NCBI RefSeq assembly: GCF_963921235.1
Contig: NC_086108.1
Coordinates: 54,810,001-54,874,000, forward strand
Origin: Mobula hypostoma
Lineage: Eukaryota
DNA length: 64,000 nucleotides
Direction: 5' to 3'
Under the pieces are notes generated by a model. It did no database searches, was not told the DNA's origin, and saw only the letters and a list, made by a program, of their open reading frames with translations. A program made the position numbers and the translations under genes. Position 1 is the stretch's first letter. The number at the start of each line of letters is the position of its first letter. Positions 1 to 12,900 of the stretch are shown piece after piece.

Positions 1-55
1 AGATCAATTATTCATTGCTGAAAGAATAAATTGGTCAGTAACATCTGGTAATTTC

Positions 56-139
56 AGAAAAGGCTAGAAATGCTCAAAATCTAGCAGCTGCTGTAAGAAA
101 CAGTTAACTTTTCAAGTTGATGACCTTTCATTAGGACTG
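56..139 (-). repeat. Degenerate PLE terminal-repeat remnant with a decayed hammerhead-like core
   Basis: The reverse complement reads cagtc-ctaatga-aaggtcatcaactt-gaaa-agtt-aactg. This has the same layout as the hammerhead-bearing PLE ends elsewhere in the window, with a different stem II. Confidence 0.45.
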
Positions 140-289
140 TAAAGTAAATATCCTGAGAAAGTGATATAGATTAAGTTTTGATTATCCTGTGTTTGAGTGA
201 AAGTGATTCTCTGTGAATTTTGTCTTATGTTAAATATTTTCTTTGAGGTAAAGTGATTGAGGACTTTATAAACCCAGCTTAGGTATTTA

Positions 290-2708
290 CGAAGGGTGAT
301 TGATAAGTTTGTGGCCTAAGGTAGAAGGAGTCAATTTTAGAAAGCCTAGCACATTTATTTTTCAACATAGTCTCCTCCTACATTTATACACTTAGTCCAG
401 CATTAAAAAAGAAGTATAACAGAGCTAAGGTGAGTGGGAAGACGGATGATTAGGAAATTTTTAAGGAGCAACAGAACTTAACTGAAAAGGCAATACGGGG
501 AGAAAAAATGAGGTATGAACGCAAGCTAGCTAGGAATATAAAGGAGGATAGCAAAAGTTTTTTTAGGTATGTGAAGAGAAGGAAGATAGTTAAGAACAAT
601 GTTGGGCCCTTGAAGAATGAATTGGGAGAAATTGTTATGGGAAACAGAGAAATGGCAGACGAATTTAATAAGTACTTTGGATCTGTCTTCACTAGGGAAG
701 ACACAAGCAATCTCCCAGATGTATGGATGGGCCAAGGACATAGGGTAACAGAGGAACTGAAACAGATTGACATTAGGAAGGAAATGGTGATGATTAGACT
801 GATGGGACTGAAGGCTAACAAATCCCCAGGTCCAGATAGTCTGCATCCTAGGGTACTAAAGGAGGTGGCTCTGGAAATTGCGGATGCATTGGTGATCATT
901 TTCCAATGTTCCTTAGATTCAGGATCAGTTCCTGAGGATTGGCGAATGGCTAATGTTATCCCACTTTTTAAGAAGGGAGGGAGAAAACAGAGAACTATCA
1001 CCCTGTTAGCCTAACATCAGTAGTGGGGAAGATGCTAGAGTCCATTATTAAAGATGAAATAGCGGCATATCTTGATAGCAGTGATAGGATTGGGCCGAGT
1101 CAGCATGGATTTACCAAGGGCAAATCATGCTTGACTAATCTATTGGAGTTTTTCGAGGATGTAACCAGGAAGATAGACGCGGGAGATCCAGTGGATGTGG
1201 TGTACCTTGACTTTCAGAAGGCATTCGATATGGTACCACATAGGAGATTGGTGGGTAAAATCAGAGCTCATGGCATTGGGGGGAGGATATTGACATGGAT
1301 AGAAAACTGGTTGGCAGATAGAAAGCAAAGGGTAGCAGTGAATGGGTGTTTCTTGGAATGGCAGGTGGTGACTAGTGGGGTGCCACAGGGCTCGGTATTG
1401 GGACCACAGCTGTTTACGATTTACGTCAATGATTTAGAGGAAGGCATTGTGAATAACATCAGCAAGATTGCTGATGATACTAAGCTGGGTGGCAGTGTAA
1501 CATGTGAAGAGGATGTTAGGAGAATTCAAGGTGACTTGGATAGGCTGGGTGAGTGGGCAGAAACTTGGCAGATGGCGTTTAGTGTGAATAAGTGTGAGGT
1601 TATTCACTTTGGGAGCAAGAACAGGAAGGCAGATTATTATCTGAACTGTGTGGAGTTAGGTAAGGGAGAAATACAAAGAGATCTAGGAGTACTTGTTCAT
1701 CAGTCTCTGAAGGTGAATGAGCAAGTGCAGCAGGCAGTGAAGGAGGCTAATGGAATGTTGGCCTTTATTACAAAGGGAATGGAGTACAAGAGCAAGGAAA
1801 TCCTTTTGCATTTGTACAGGGCCCTGGTGAGACCGCACCTGGAGTATTGTGTGCAGTTTTGGTCTCCAGGGTTAAGGAAGGACATCCTGGCTGTGGAGGA
1901 GGTGCAGCATAGGTTCACTAGGTTAATTCCTGGGATGTCCGGACTGTCTTACGCAGAGAGGTTAGAGAGACTGGGCTTGTACACGCTGGAATTAAGGAGA
2001 TTGAGGGGGAATCTGATTGAGACATATAAGATTATTAAGGGATTGGACAAGATAGAGGCAGGAAATATGTTCCGGATGCTGGGAGAGTCCCGTACCAGAG
2101 GGCATGGTTTAAGAATAAGGGGTAGGTCATTTAGGACAGAGTTGAGGAGGAACTTCTTCTCCCAGAGAGTTGTGGAGGTGTGGAACGCGCTGCCTCAGAA
2201 GGCAGTGGAGGCCAGTTCTCTGGATGCTTTCAAGAAGGAGCTAGATAGGTATCTTATGGATAGGGGAATCAAGGGTTATGGGGACAAGGCAGGAACCGGG
2301 TATTGATAGTAGATGATCAGCCATGATCTCAGAATGGCGGTGCAGGCTCGAAGGGCCAAATGGTCTACTTCTGCACCTATTGTCTATTGTCTAAGGTAGA
2401 AGGAGATGAGTTATACAGCTCTGCTTACGTGCACGTGCAGTTCAACTCTTTGAGTGTTTATGCAGAAAGTTTGAAGTTAATAACTCATCTCCTTCTACCT
2501 TAGGCCACAAACTTATCAATCACCCCTGCTGTGGACCACTTTTGGAGGTCCAGGACACCGACTTCTACAAAGAAGGGATCCGTATGCTCCATGACCGCTG
2601 GACTAAGTGTGTAAATGTAGGAGGGGACTATGTTGAAAAATAAATGTGCTAGGTTTTCTAAAACTGACTCCTTCTCCCTTAGGCCACAAACTTATCAATC
2701 ACCCCTAG
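290..2708. mobile_element. Mariner-derived MITE, interrupted by a CR1 insertion
   Basis: TA at 288-289 and 2709-2710. TIRs cgaagggtgattgataagtttgtggcctaagg / ccttaggccacaaacttatcaatcacccctag. 2563-2643 encodes FYKEGIRMLHDRWTKCVNVGGDYVEK*, a mariner transposase C-terminus. A second copy lies at 32418-32859. Confidence 0.85.
402..2393 (+). mobile_element. 5'-truncated CR1 LINE, ORF2 RT region (frameshift near 985)
   Basis: ORFs 508-1014 and 1023-2306 carry KSPGPD, QHGF.KGKSC, YLDFQKAFD, GVPQGSVLGP and ADDTK. The 3' UTR ends in a (ctattgt)n tail. Confidence 0.95.
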
Positions 2709-3871
2709 TAAGTTCACTCATTCTCACTTAGAGTGCTGGTGGCACCTGGTCAGCTATGGTGCCTCATCCTTGCGTATTGAGATAAGCTTATTGTCCATGT
2801 TTGAGTGACAGGTTATTCTGCTTCACCAGTGGATTGATGCCCTCAGAATGCTGGGGCATCTACAGTAGTTCTCAAAGCATATTCATCTATGAATAAGGAT
2901 TTGGATTAACATTAACAGGATGTAAGAACAGGTGCTCTAACTTGATAAAAAGATGCATCCTGGCAGGAATCCAAATTTGTCAGTGTAAGGATACCCTGTC
3001 ATTAAACTTGTGTTTGTTTTGGTTTCAAACTCTCTTCTAGTAGGCATTTCATGTAACTTGGCTAAGCATACATGAAACAATCCTTAAAATTACAATTAAT
3101 ATCTTCTTTCACACAAATGTTTGCTTTCTCTGCTTGTCTTGTGTGTCTGTCCTGTGTCAGAATTGTTGAAAACACTATTTTTCCAGCTTGGGAGTGCTGA
3201 TGCCAATAATTAACAGAAGAAATTAGTTCTGTGAATATAGGTATTCATCCTCAGTTGTCTTTAGGTGGTGATAATTTCTTGAGCTACTCCAGTCTAGTTG
3301 GTGAAAGTACTTCTACAGCAATTTAAAGTGATTTGTCTTAGCATATTAAAAATGTGTTGGATTTGGAATGATACAAGTGATGTGTGTGAGATTTAACTGC
3401 TTTGGCTGAAAAGGATGATGTATTTCTAATAGCACCACATCTCTTAAATTTCCAAAAGTTGATTATCAACAATAAATGATGATACTGTTACACTCAAGAA
3501 ATTATCATTGTGAATTTAGACAGCCTGTGAAATAAGCCTGGAGATAAATGTAAGGTGAAGAACTCTTCTTTCAAGATAAAATAGATTATATTTGATTATA
3601 AGATAATTGGGATAGATTTGAAATGAAAGAACTTGGCATATTCAGAGTCTAATGTCATTTTTGTCATCCTGTCTTTTTTTCTTCTTGTGAAGAATATTTG
3701 GGATTACTAACCATTTTCTAATCATAATTTTTGCAGGTAATCATCTGTCTGAGTTTAGAATTCTGGATTGGGAAAAAAGAGAGTAAAAGAAACTGGCACT
3801 AATGTATGGCTGGTTATGGTTTTCAGTGTCATTCTCTATATGATGTATGTATTTTCATTTTATTTTCACAG

Positions 3872-3973
3872 GCCACTGGTCAGCCATATGAACAATATGC
3901 CAAGATGATATTCATGGAATTGAATGATGCCTGGTCAGAATTTGAAAGTCAAGGCCAAAAGCCTCTGTACTAA
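3872..3973 (+). CDS. DNAJC6: Last coding exon of auxilin (J-domain C-terminus)
   Basis: Acceptor ttttcacag, then [33 protein letters not shown]. This matches the DNAJC6 C-terminus as I recall it and differs from the paralog GAK. It lies upstream of LEPROT, as in other vertebrates. Confidence 0.93.
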   Translation, partial: ATGQPYEQYAKMIFMELNDAWSEFESQGQKPLY

Positions 3974-5540
3974 TTTCATGCAAACAATTTGCCGGTATTT
4001 ACTGTTGACTCTAACTGTGTTAAATGTTTAGTTCCTATTTTGCTTTAATGTGGATGTATACTGCCTTCCCTTGGTAAATCTGTATACAGGCACTCATTTA
4101 CTAATTAATTGAGTATATATCATTCAATCAAGCTATTCTTGTTTCAGTGACAAGTCCTTTTACATGGGGTTTTGTTAAAAGTAAATTATAACTGAAAAAA
4201 ATTCACTACATGAATTTTGGGGGGCTTATAAAAATAAGAATTGACCCCTTCTGTGATTACTTTCCTCTTAATTTTGTTTGCAATGCAATTTGTAACATTC
4301 TGCCCGAATCTTAATATTTACATTCTTTATTCTGAAAAATGTTGCATGTAATTTGAAACTTATCATGTTGAAGTTCTGCTTTTCATTTCACACCATTTGA
4401 AATTAGTGTATTAGTATTGTTGTTACTAATTGCTGGACAATGTAACATTACGAAGTCTGTGTATATGTAAAGAAAAATTAAACACCTTGTCTAGGTAAAG
4501 CAACAAGCTTTATGATACATCTGGAATCATCATCTCACACATTCAATTCCCGATAGTACTGATCAGTATTACTCACTTGCAGTCTCATTAAGTGTCCTGC
4601 CTAATAGCCGCTTGGGATTGTTACATTATGCTGTATTGTGAAACACAATGGTTTGGAACTGTGCTTGTGGCTCTCACATATCAAGCTCCAGTTATTAATA
4701 ATGCTGCTGTGAGCCATTGCCAAGATGAGGGTTCCTCATAGCAGTAAGAGGAAACGACATAAGGCAAATAGTTATGCTTAAAATTGTACTTCACTTTGTG
4801 CTTTGTCAAAGCCAAAATAACCAAAAGCTTCCTTTGGTTCTTTTGCTGAAGCAAAGTAAGCAAAAAAAAAGGGAGCGAAAATCACTATTTTAAAATGAGA
4901 AAAGCTGTGAATAAAAGCTAATTGGCATATGGAATGTCAAGGTAAGAGTGGCTGCAAATAGGCCCTAGACGATATCATGAGCACCAGTTGTAAATATAGA
5001 ATTCCATTTTCAAGTATGTCCTTATTATCTAATTTAATGGAGAAATCCTAATTCTACAGCATTATTCAAAATATTTTATTTAATATGCCATTTTGTTTGT
5101 ATATATCATGTAATCTGTTTGAATTTTCCTTTTCCCCCCAAGATGCTTTATTCTACAGTCTGTGATACAGCAGAACACTAAAAGATTTGTTGTCTATGCA
5201 CTTTTGTGAATCATGCAGATCATGGTTATTAGAGTACAGGAGCTTCACAATTTAGTCTTTATGCCTGAATATACGGTCTACGGAATGTCCGATTAACATT
5301 GATTTATTACTTGTGTGTTCGTAGGATGAGATGGGGCGGGGATAGATGGTGAGTGGGGGAATGTAAAGAAAGCATAGATTGAATGTTAAATTCATTATGA
5401 TCTTTGTTACATCTGATGTCATTGTATGAAATGTGACTGTTGAGAAAATGTCTTAAATTCTAAATTATGTTCATTATAAATTGTACATAATACTGCCTGT
5501 TATTGACAACAAATAAATGTGTGTATTGCTGAACGCTGAC
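3974..5540 (+). other. DNAJC6: Putative DNAJC6 3' UTR
   Basis: AT-rich stretch with no recognisable TE after the stop codon. AATAAA at 4910-4915 and 5512-5517, the latter followed by GT-rich sequence. Confidence 0.6.
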
Positions 5541-6849
5541 TGTTTGATTTGCACTGCAAATACAATTAATTCTTGGCTTTTCCTCCAACACTGAATATTT
5601 TTGAAGAAACTCTGAAGTTACAGAAAGGATTATATGTGAAGATCCAAATAGTCCAGTGGATTAGGGAGTTTCTTCGAAGAAAGTCAGATTCCTTCGAATG
5701 TGTTAATCAAAGTTACTCTAACTAACGTAACAGTAAAGCAACATTAAAACCATTCACAAAAGTATAGATTGTCAAGTAATCACGTACAATTTTTAAATCA
5801 AGCAATCATCAGTGACATGATCAGAGCAAATGGCTCCAATGATCTTGTCTAATTGGATATCTTTGTGCTTGCTGTTGTGCTCCATTTTGTATGGCTCTTG
5901 ATAGTAGTGTGGAAATTAATGAAAGTCCAAAATGGCCGGTCATCCAAGATAACTTGGTATCAATGATGAATGGACAATTGTTTGTGTGGATTATTCATTT
6001 TGCCTGGATTTAAGCCAAGTTCTGTTATGTTAACCCGTTTCTGTAAATATTTGCAAACCTTTTCTCAAAGTCTTGTGCGTTTCAGATATGTTCTGTCTTT
6101 TGTTAATGGTTCTAACTGTTTCATTGCTCTTTAAATACAATTTATTATTTCAGTCTTGTGGAATTTGTTTCCTATCTTGCTCATTATTTTTTTCTTATAA
6201 AATAGGCACCTTTCAGAAGCTTTTGTAAACATCTTTGGTTAAATTTAAACTACACCAAAAGTGCTATGCAGTGTGCAAAAGGGATTATGTATCCTTCATT
6301 TTCTAGCTATATATTCAGCAAGTTAAGGGTGCACTATCAGAATCAGTTTTATTTTTACAAGGTCATGGACTAAGGATCATTGTTCTAAAGGTATGGTGAA
6401 CTGGCATTCCAATTACTGATTGCTAATTCCTTGTTATAAAAATTCTGAAATTAATTAACAAGATATGGCTGACCTTCACAGGTGCATGATACCTTTGTCC
6501 AGTTCTACATTAGTCAGAGTGATTATGGAGATTATATCATTGAGTATTGGACCCTTGACTGGAATGTTACCAGAATGGCCATCCAGACATCTAGACAAAT
6601 GACTTGGAGATAAGTTTAACCCAGAAGTAAAAATGGGTGATGGAAGTTCATCTTGGCTTCACATATAACTGCAGAGGTTTCATCCTCTGGGAATTGATGG
6701 TTGGAAACAAAATTTCTGGTGGTGGTTAAACGCAACAATTCAGTTCCCAATTTTGGAGGAAAGGGATTAATATTTAGTGTAATGTAATTGATGATGAGAT
6801 ATATGACCTTGTAAAAGATGCTTAAAAGCCATATATTGTGATTCAGCCT

Positions 6850-7410
6850 TCTTTAATGTCATTTCCAGTACAGAAGTGTGAAGGAGAACAAAATAATTGT
6901 TGCTCTGGATCTGATGCAGCAAAAAAAAGATAAAGAACACAATAATAATAGAAAAAAACAATAAATATAAATACATAGCTTATATATTAATTGCATGTTA
7001 TTAAAGTGGCACTATGCACAGGAGTGTCTGTATGTAAGGTTTCTGACAGGAAATGATAAAGTAGTGGTGGTTGGGGTTGTGGTGGGGTGGTTTAGTGGGT
7101 TGATAGAGTCTTACTGCTTGGGGAAAGTAAACATTATTGAGTTTGGTGGTTCTGGCAAAGATGCTATGTAGCCTCCTTCCTGATGGGTGTTGGACAAACA
7201 GTCCATGAGCACAGTGGGATACTTCATGATGTTCCTGGCCTTTTTTCAGCACCTTTCTGTCCTTGGTGCAGGTGATACATTGGGCAGTTTTGACTACCCA
7301 TTGCAGAGCCTTCCTGTGCACCACTCTGCAGATCTGATGCAATGCAGTGATGCAGCTTGTTGAGATGCTGTCTGCCGTGCATCTGTAAAATGAGGTGAGT
7401 ATAGATGTGC
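6850..7410 (-). mobile_element. Rex1/Babar-like LINE 3' fragment
   Basis: ORF 7001-7342(-) has ALQWVVKTAQCIT...HGLF..HPSGRRLHSIFARTTKLNNVYFPQAVRL, a typical C-terminus of this clade. Confidence 0.7.
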
Positions 7411-7682
7411 ATTGTTTGCAGAATTCAAGTTCAGGATTAAAGGAGATGTAATGTGGCTACAAGCTGGCTGAGAGATGGAAAGAGGAGTGGTGACCAGATT
7501 TTAGGCTAGAGGAAAATGTACAGTGATAGGTGCCAAAGGCTGGCAACAGAACAACCTCTGTCTTTCATTTGTGAAAATTAACGCAAAAGCCCATACTTTC
7601 AATGTGATGCTGAACTCAAATACAGAACTCCACTATAAGAACAAAGTGATGGCCAAAGCAACATATTTGTGAAATGGATCAG

Positions 7683-8025
7683 AATCACCAGCATGTGTCC
7701 TGAAATTTGTTATCTTAGCAGCAGCAGTTCAATGCAATACATAATATAGAAGAGAAAAAATAATAAATAAATTACAGTATATGTGTATTGATTAGATTAA
7801 AAATCATGCAAAAAAACACATAATATACATTTTAAAAGTGAGGTAGTGTTCAACGGTTCAATGTTCATTTAAGAATCGGATGGCAGAGGGGAAGAAGCTG
7901 TTTCTGAATATCTGATTGTGTGCCTTCAGGCTTCAGTACCTCCTACTTGATGGTGATAGTGAGAAAAGGGCATGCCCTGGGTGCTGGACCTTTCTGAGAC
8001 ACCTCTCCTTGAAGGTGCCCTGGGA
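7683..8025 (-). mobile_element. Rex1/Babar-like LINE 3' fragment
   Basis: On the minus strand it encodes a degenerate HALFSLSPSSRRY-type C-terminal segment followed by the 3' UTR. Confidence 0.55.
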
Positions 8026-8864
8026 TACACACACAGCAGATGAAACTTTAAGTACCAAACTGTAAAATGATTTTATTTAGGAAGAATGGAAGAAATCAAA
8101 CAGCTAGTTTTAATGGATGCCCAGGAACCAACAGGCTTGGTGATATATGCCGAAAAATCTTTGAAAGTGGCTGAACAACTTGAGAAGGCTGCTAAAATAT
8201 AGAATCGATGTATGAATTTTTCTGGAACACTGGTTTTACCTGAACTAAAACATTCAGTTTTGAGCACTAAACTTTAAGAAACACATCAAAACCTTGGAGA
8301 AGGTGCAAAAGAGATGAGAAATAGAATGCTGATATTCTATTTGTAATTATTCTGTGCAAAGTCTCCATCCTAAATGGATGACTCTTCATAATAAGACTGT
8401 GACCTTTGATACTAGGGAATACATCAGTTCTGCTATACCTTGTGAAATCTCTTCTGAATGTGTAGCTATCGATGAGATCACATCTCATTCCTTTATATCC
8501 TGGCAGGTGTAAATTCAGCTTATGAATCTCTACTCATGCAACAAATCTACTGTACCTTCACAGGAATCTGGTGAACCTTTACTGCAATAATGCAAATATA
8601 TTTCCTTAAGTCAAGAAATCAAATTTGCATTTAATCTTCAAGATGTAGTTTCACCAGGCATCTGTACAGTTCCAGTAAGGCAACTTTTCTCTTGTATTCA
8701 GATAGTACTGTAATAAATTTCAACATACAGTTTCTCCTCCTAATTGCTGGCTGAAATTGTACATTAACTTTCACATACAGTGAGACCCTAATAATGTTTC
8801 GCCAATAATATAATCTACACTTCTGTTTCAGACTTTGTGACTTCCTGATCCTCTCATCTCTCTC

Positions 8865-9930
8865 CATTCACCCCTCCTCGTCTCTTGGCATTTCCTTTGC
8901 AACAATATGAGGTACAGAACCTGTCCCTACACCACCTCCCTCATCACTATCCAGGGACTTAAACAGCCTTTATAGGTGTGGTAGAGATGCATACGCACCT
9001 CTTCTGACCTCTAACTGCATTTGATGATCCCAGTGTGGCCTGCTCCACATCAGTAGGACCAAGCAAAGACCAGGCAACCAGTTTGCTGTTCATTTGCACC
9101 CTTCCCCCCCCCCACCCCCAGAGACATCTTGTGCCTCCAGTGACATGTCACTATTATTCCCCATTCTCACAATGACTTGTTGATTCTAGGCCTTCTGCAC
9201 TGACACAATAAGACCGAATGCAAGAATGGCTCATCGTATTCCACTTGTGTAGCCCGAAACACGATGGTATGAAAACTGAAATTTCCTTTTTCAGGTAATT
9301 CACATGCTCTGTGTTTCTTCCCCACCCTTGCTGGTTCACCCAGGCGCTACCCCCATTTGCTTCCCTTTTCCATTTCTGTTTCTCCACCCACATACCTATC
9401 CACCTGGGCTGCTTTGTCCCAGCCTACCGTTCCTCATGCCTCCCCTCTATCCGTCCATCACCCCTCCCTTATCTGCAGTGTGAACAGCAGCGGGCTGTGC
9501 ACACAGCCTTGAGGAGCACCAGTGCTCAGTGTCTTCAGCATGAGAGATATTGCTGCCCACACTGACTGACCGTGGCTTGGCTGTTAAGAAGTCCAGTGTC
9601 CAATTGTGGGGGGGGGGGGGTGTTGAGACCTGGTAAGGACAGTTTCCCCACCAGTTTCTGGGGCCCGATGGTATTGAACACTGAACTGTAGTCTATAAAC
9701 AGTAGTCTGGCATATGAGACCAACTTGCCTGGTTTCGCCTATTACTTACTAGACCTTGTCTCAGCTCTCCCTTTCATCTGCCCATACTGATTATCTTCTG
9801 TCCACATGCTCAGCCCTGAAGCCGGATCATGACTCATCAATTATTCCTTTGACTCCGCAGATGCTACTTAATTCCTCAAGCATTTTTGTTTGCTCCAGAC
9901 TTTGTCATCTGCGGTCTCTTTGTGACTATA
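8865..9930 (+). mobile_element. Degenerate PLE fragment (GIY-YIG region and 3' end), with a Rex1/Babar RT fragment inserted at about 9480-9720 (-)
   Basis: Colinear with the PLE at 17260-17680. ORF 9535-9723(-) reads [20 protein letters not shown]. Confidence 0.6.
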
Positions 9931-12900
9931 TTGTATTTCTACTTTTTACCAAAACATTTTTCCACATCATATTCAATTTGACATGTCTTTTCCATTCGAT
10001 TAACCTGTCTATATTCTCTGAAGCCATTCAGTATCCTTTCTCACCCCACACTGTCACTCAGATTTTTATCAGCAACATATGTGGCTATATTGTGCTTAAT
10101 CTCCCTTCACCTACAGTATGCCATTGAAATAGATTGTGAACAGTTGTGTCCCTAGCACTTGTTCCTTGATTTAAGGGTTCCCTTTGGGGGAACCTTCTAA
10201 GGGGGCTCGAGTTAGTGTGGAAACTTCGGGGCTTTGACTCAAGAGGCTTCAACAAGAAGGGCCTCAGGCCAAAGAAACAGGTAAGAAGGGTATGTTTTTC
10301 CTTTCATTATTGCTGATTTCGTCTTAGTTGCCCATTGTACAGTGCAGGCAGGATGGCAGATATGGCAGTGGAATGCTCCTCCTGTAGGACGTGGGAATTC
10401 ATGGAGCCTGATAGTCTCCCTGATAACTACACCTGTGGGAAGTGCAGCCAACTCCTGCTCCTGAAAGACCGCATTAAGGGGCTGGGGCTGGATGAACTAA
10501 GGATCATCCAGGAGGCAGAGCAGTTGCTAGAATTAAACAGGTGGTTACACCCAAAGGCACAATTCAGGGAGTGGATGGGTGAATACTGAGAGAGGTAAAG
10601 GGAGAAAGAAGTCCCCCTGAGGCCATTCCCCTCGGCAACAGGTATACCCCTTTGGATTCTACTGGGGGGGGGGGTGATCTATCTGGCAAGGCAGCAGCAG
10701 CCAAACCAATAGCACTGTGGTCGGCTCTGAGCCTCGGAAGGGTAGGGTGAAGTCAGGCAGAGCAAAAGTCATAGGGGACTCGATAGTTAGGGAGACAGAT
10801 AAGAAATTCTGTGGCAGCAAATGAGATGCCAGGACAGTGTGTTGCCTCCCAGGTGGTAGGGTCTAGGATATCTCTGAGTGGTTGCAGAATATTCTTGAAG
10901 GGGAGGGTGAGCAGCCAGCTGTCATGGTACATGTTGGTACTGATGATATAGGAAGGAGAGGGGTAGAGATCCTGCACGGTAAATTTAGGGGGTACGAAGG
11001 AGGCTGAAGTGCAGGTCCTGCAAGATGGTAATCTCCAAGTGCAATGAGCCAGGGAAGGTCAGAACAGGAAGATAGAACAGATGAATGAGTGTCTGAGGAG
11101 ATGGTGTAGGGGGCAGAGTTTCAAGTTCTTGGATCATTGGAACGTTTTCTGGGGAAAGGGAGGGAAACCAACAGCTTGGGAGGGAGCTAATGTGATTGGG
11201 GAGGGTTTAAGCTGGATTTGCAGGGGAGTGGGAACTGAAGTGAAGAGCCAGAGGTTGGGGTGGTTGGTGCACAAGTAGAGCAGCTTGTAGGGAGTTTGTG
11301 AGGAAAGGTAGACAGATGATGGAGCAAAGATGCACTCGGCCAGATAGTTTGAGATGTGTCTATTTTAATACAAGGAGTTTCATAAACAAGGCGGATGATC
11401 CATACATGGAACTATGACGTTGTGGCCATTATAGAGACTTGGATGTCTCGGGCAGGAATGGCTGCTGAGTGTGCCGGGCTTTAGATGTTTCAAAAAGTAC
11501 AGGGAGGGAAGCAAAAGAGGTGGGGGTGTGGTATTGCTAATTAGGGATACTATCATGGCTGCAGAAAAGGAGGAAGTCATAGAGAGATTGTCTACTGAGT
11601 CAGTGTGGGTGGAAGTCAGAAACAGGAAAGGGGCAATAACTCTACTGGATGATTTTTATTGATACCCCCCCCCACCCCCAATAGAATCAGAGACATCGAG
11701 GGGCAGATAGGGAGGCAGATTCTGGAATGGTACAATAATAATAGGGTTGGTGAGCTGGGTCATTTTAACTTTCCTAAGATTGACTGGCATCTCTTTAGAG
11801 CAAGGTGTTTGGATGGGGTGGAGTTTGATAGGTGTGTTCAAGAAGGTTTCCTGACAAAATATGTAGATAAGCCAACTAGAGGAGAGGCTGCACTTGATCT
11901 GATATTGGGAAATGAACCTGGTCAGGTGTCAGATCTCTGAGAGCATTTTGGAGGTAGAGATCACAACTCTATCTCCTTTACCATGGCGCTGAGGAGGGAT
12001 AGGAGCAGACAGCTTGGGAAAACATTTAATTGGTGTAGGGGGAAATAAGATGCTATTAGGCAGAAACTTGGGAGCATAAATTGGGAGCAGATGTTCTCAG
12101 GGAAATGCATGACAGAAATGTAGATGTTCAGGGAGTATTTGCATGGTGTTCTGCATAGGTATGTTCCATTGAGGCAGGGAAAGGATAGTAGGGTAGAAGA
12201 ACCATGATGTTCAAAGGATGTAGAAAATCTAGTTAGGAAGAAAAGAAAAGCTTACAAAAGGTTCACGAAACTAGGTACTGTCAGAGCTCTAGAAAATTAC
12301 AAGGTTTCCAGGAAGGAGCTTAAGAATGAAATTAGGAGAGCTGGAAGGGGCCATGAGACCATAAGATATAGGAGCAGAAGTAAGCTATTTGGCCCATCAA
12401 GTCTGCTCCACCATTCAATCATGGGCTGATCCAATTCTTCCGGTTATCCCCACTCCCCTACCTTCTCCCTATACCTTTTGATGCCCTGGCTAATCAAGAA
12501 CCTATCTATCTCAGCCTTAAATGCACCCAATGACTTGGCCCCAACAGCTGCTCATGGCAACAAGTTCCACAGATTTACCACCCTCTAACTAAAGTAATTT
12601 CTCCACATCTCTGTTCTAAATGGACGTTCTTCAATCCTGAAGTCATGCCCTCTTGTCCTAGACTCTCCAACCATGGGAAATAACTTTGCCATATCTAATC
12701 TGTACTTCTAGAAATGAATGCCAACATTGTATTCACCTTCTTCACCAATGACTCAACCTGGAGTTTAACCTTTAGGGTATCCTGCTCGCAAGTCACTTTG
12801 CATCTCTTCATTTTGAATTCTCTCCCCATCTAAATAATAGTCTGCCCGTTTATTTCTTCCACCAAAGTGCATGATCATATACTTTCCAACATTGTATCTC

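Noticed and set aside
450..1001. Antisense ORFs over CR1 copies (also 14281-14760, 15001-15303)
   Set aside because: They are shadow frames of CR1 ORF2 that recur in every copy.
1023..2306. 427-aa ORF as a host gene or active element
   Set aside because: It is the RT of a 5'-truncated CR1 with an upstream frameshift and stop, and lacks endonuclease and ORF1.
3872..3973. GAK instead of DNAJC6
   Set aside because: The ATGQPYEQY...GQKPLY ending and the position next to LEPROT fit DNAJC6.
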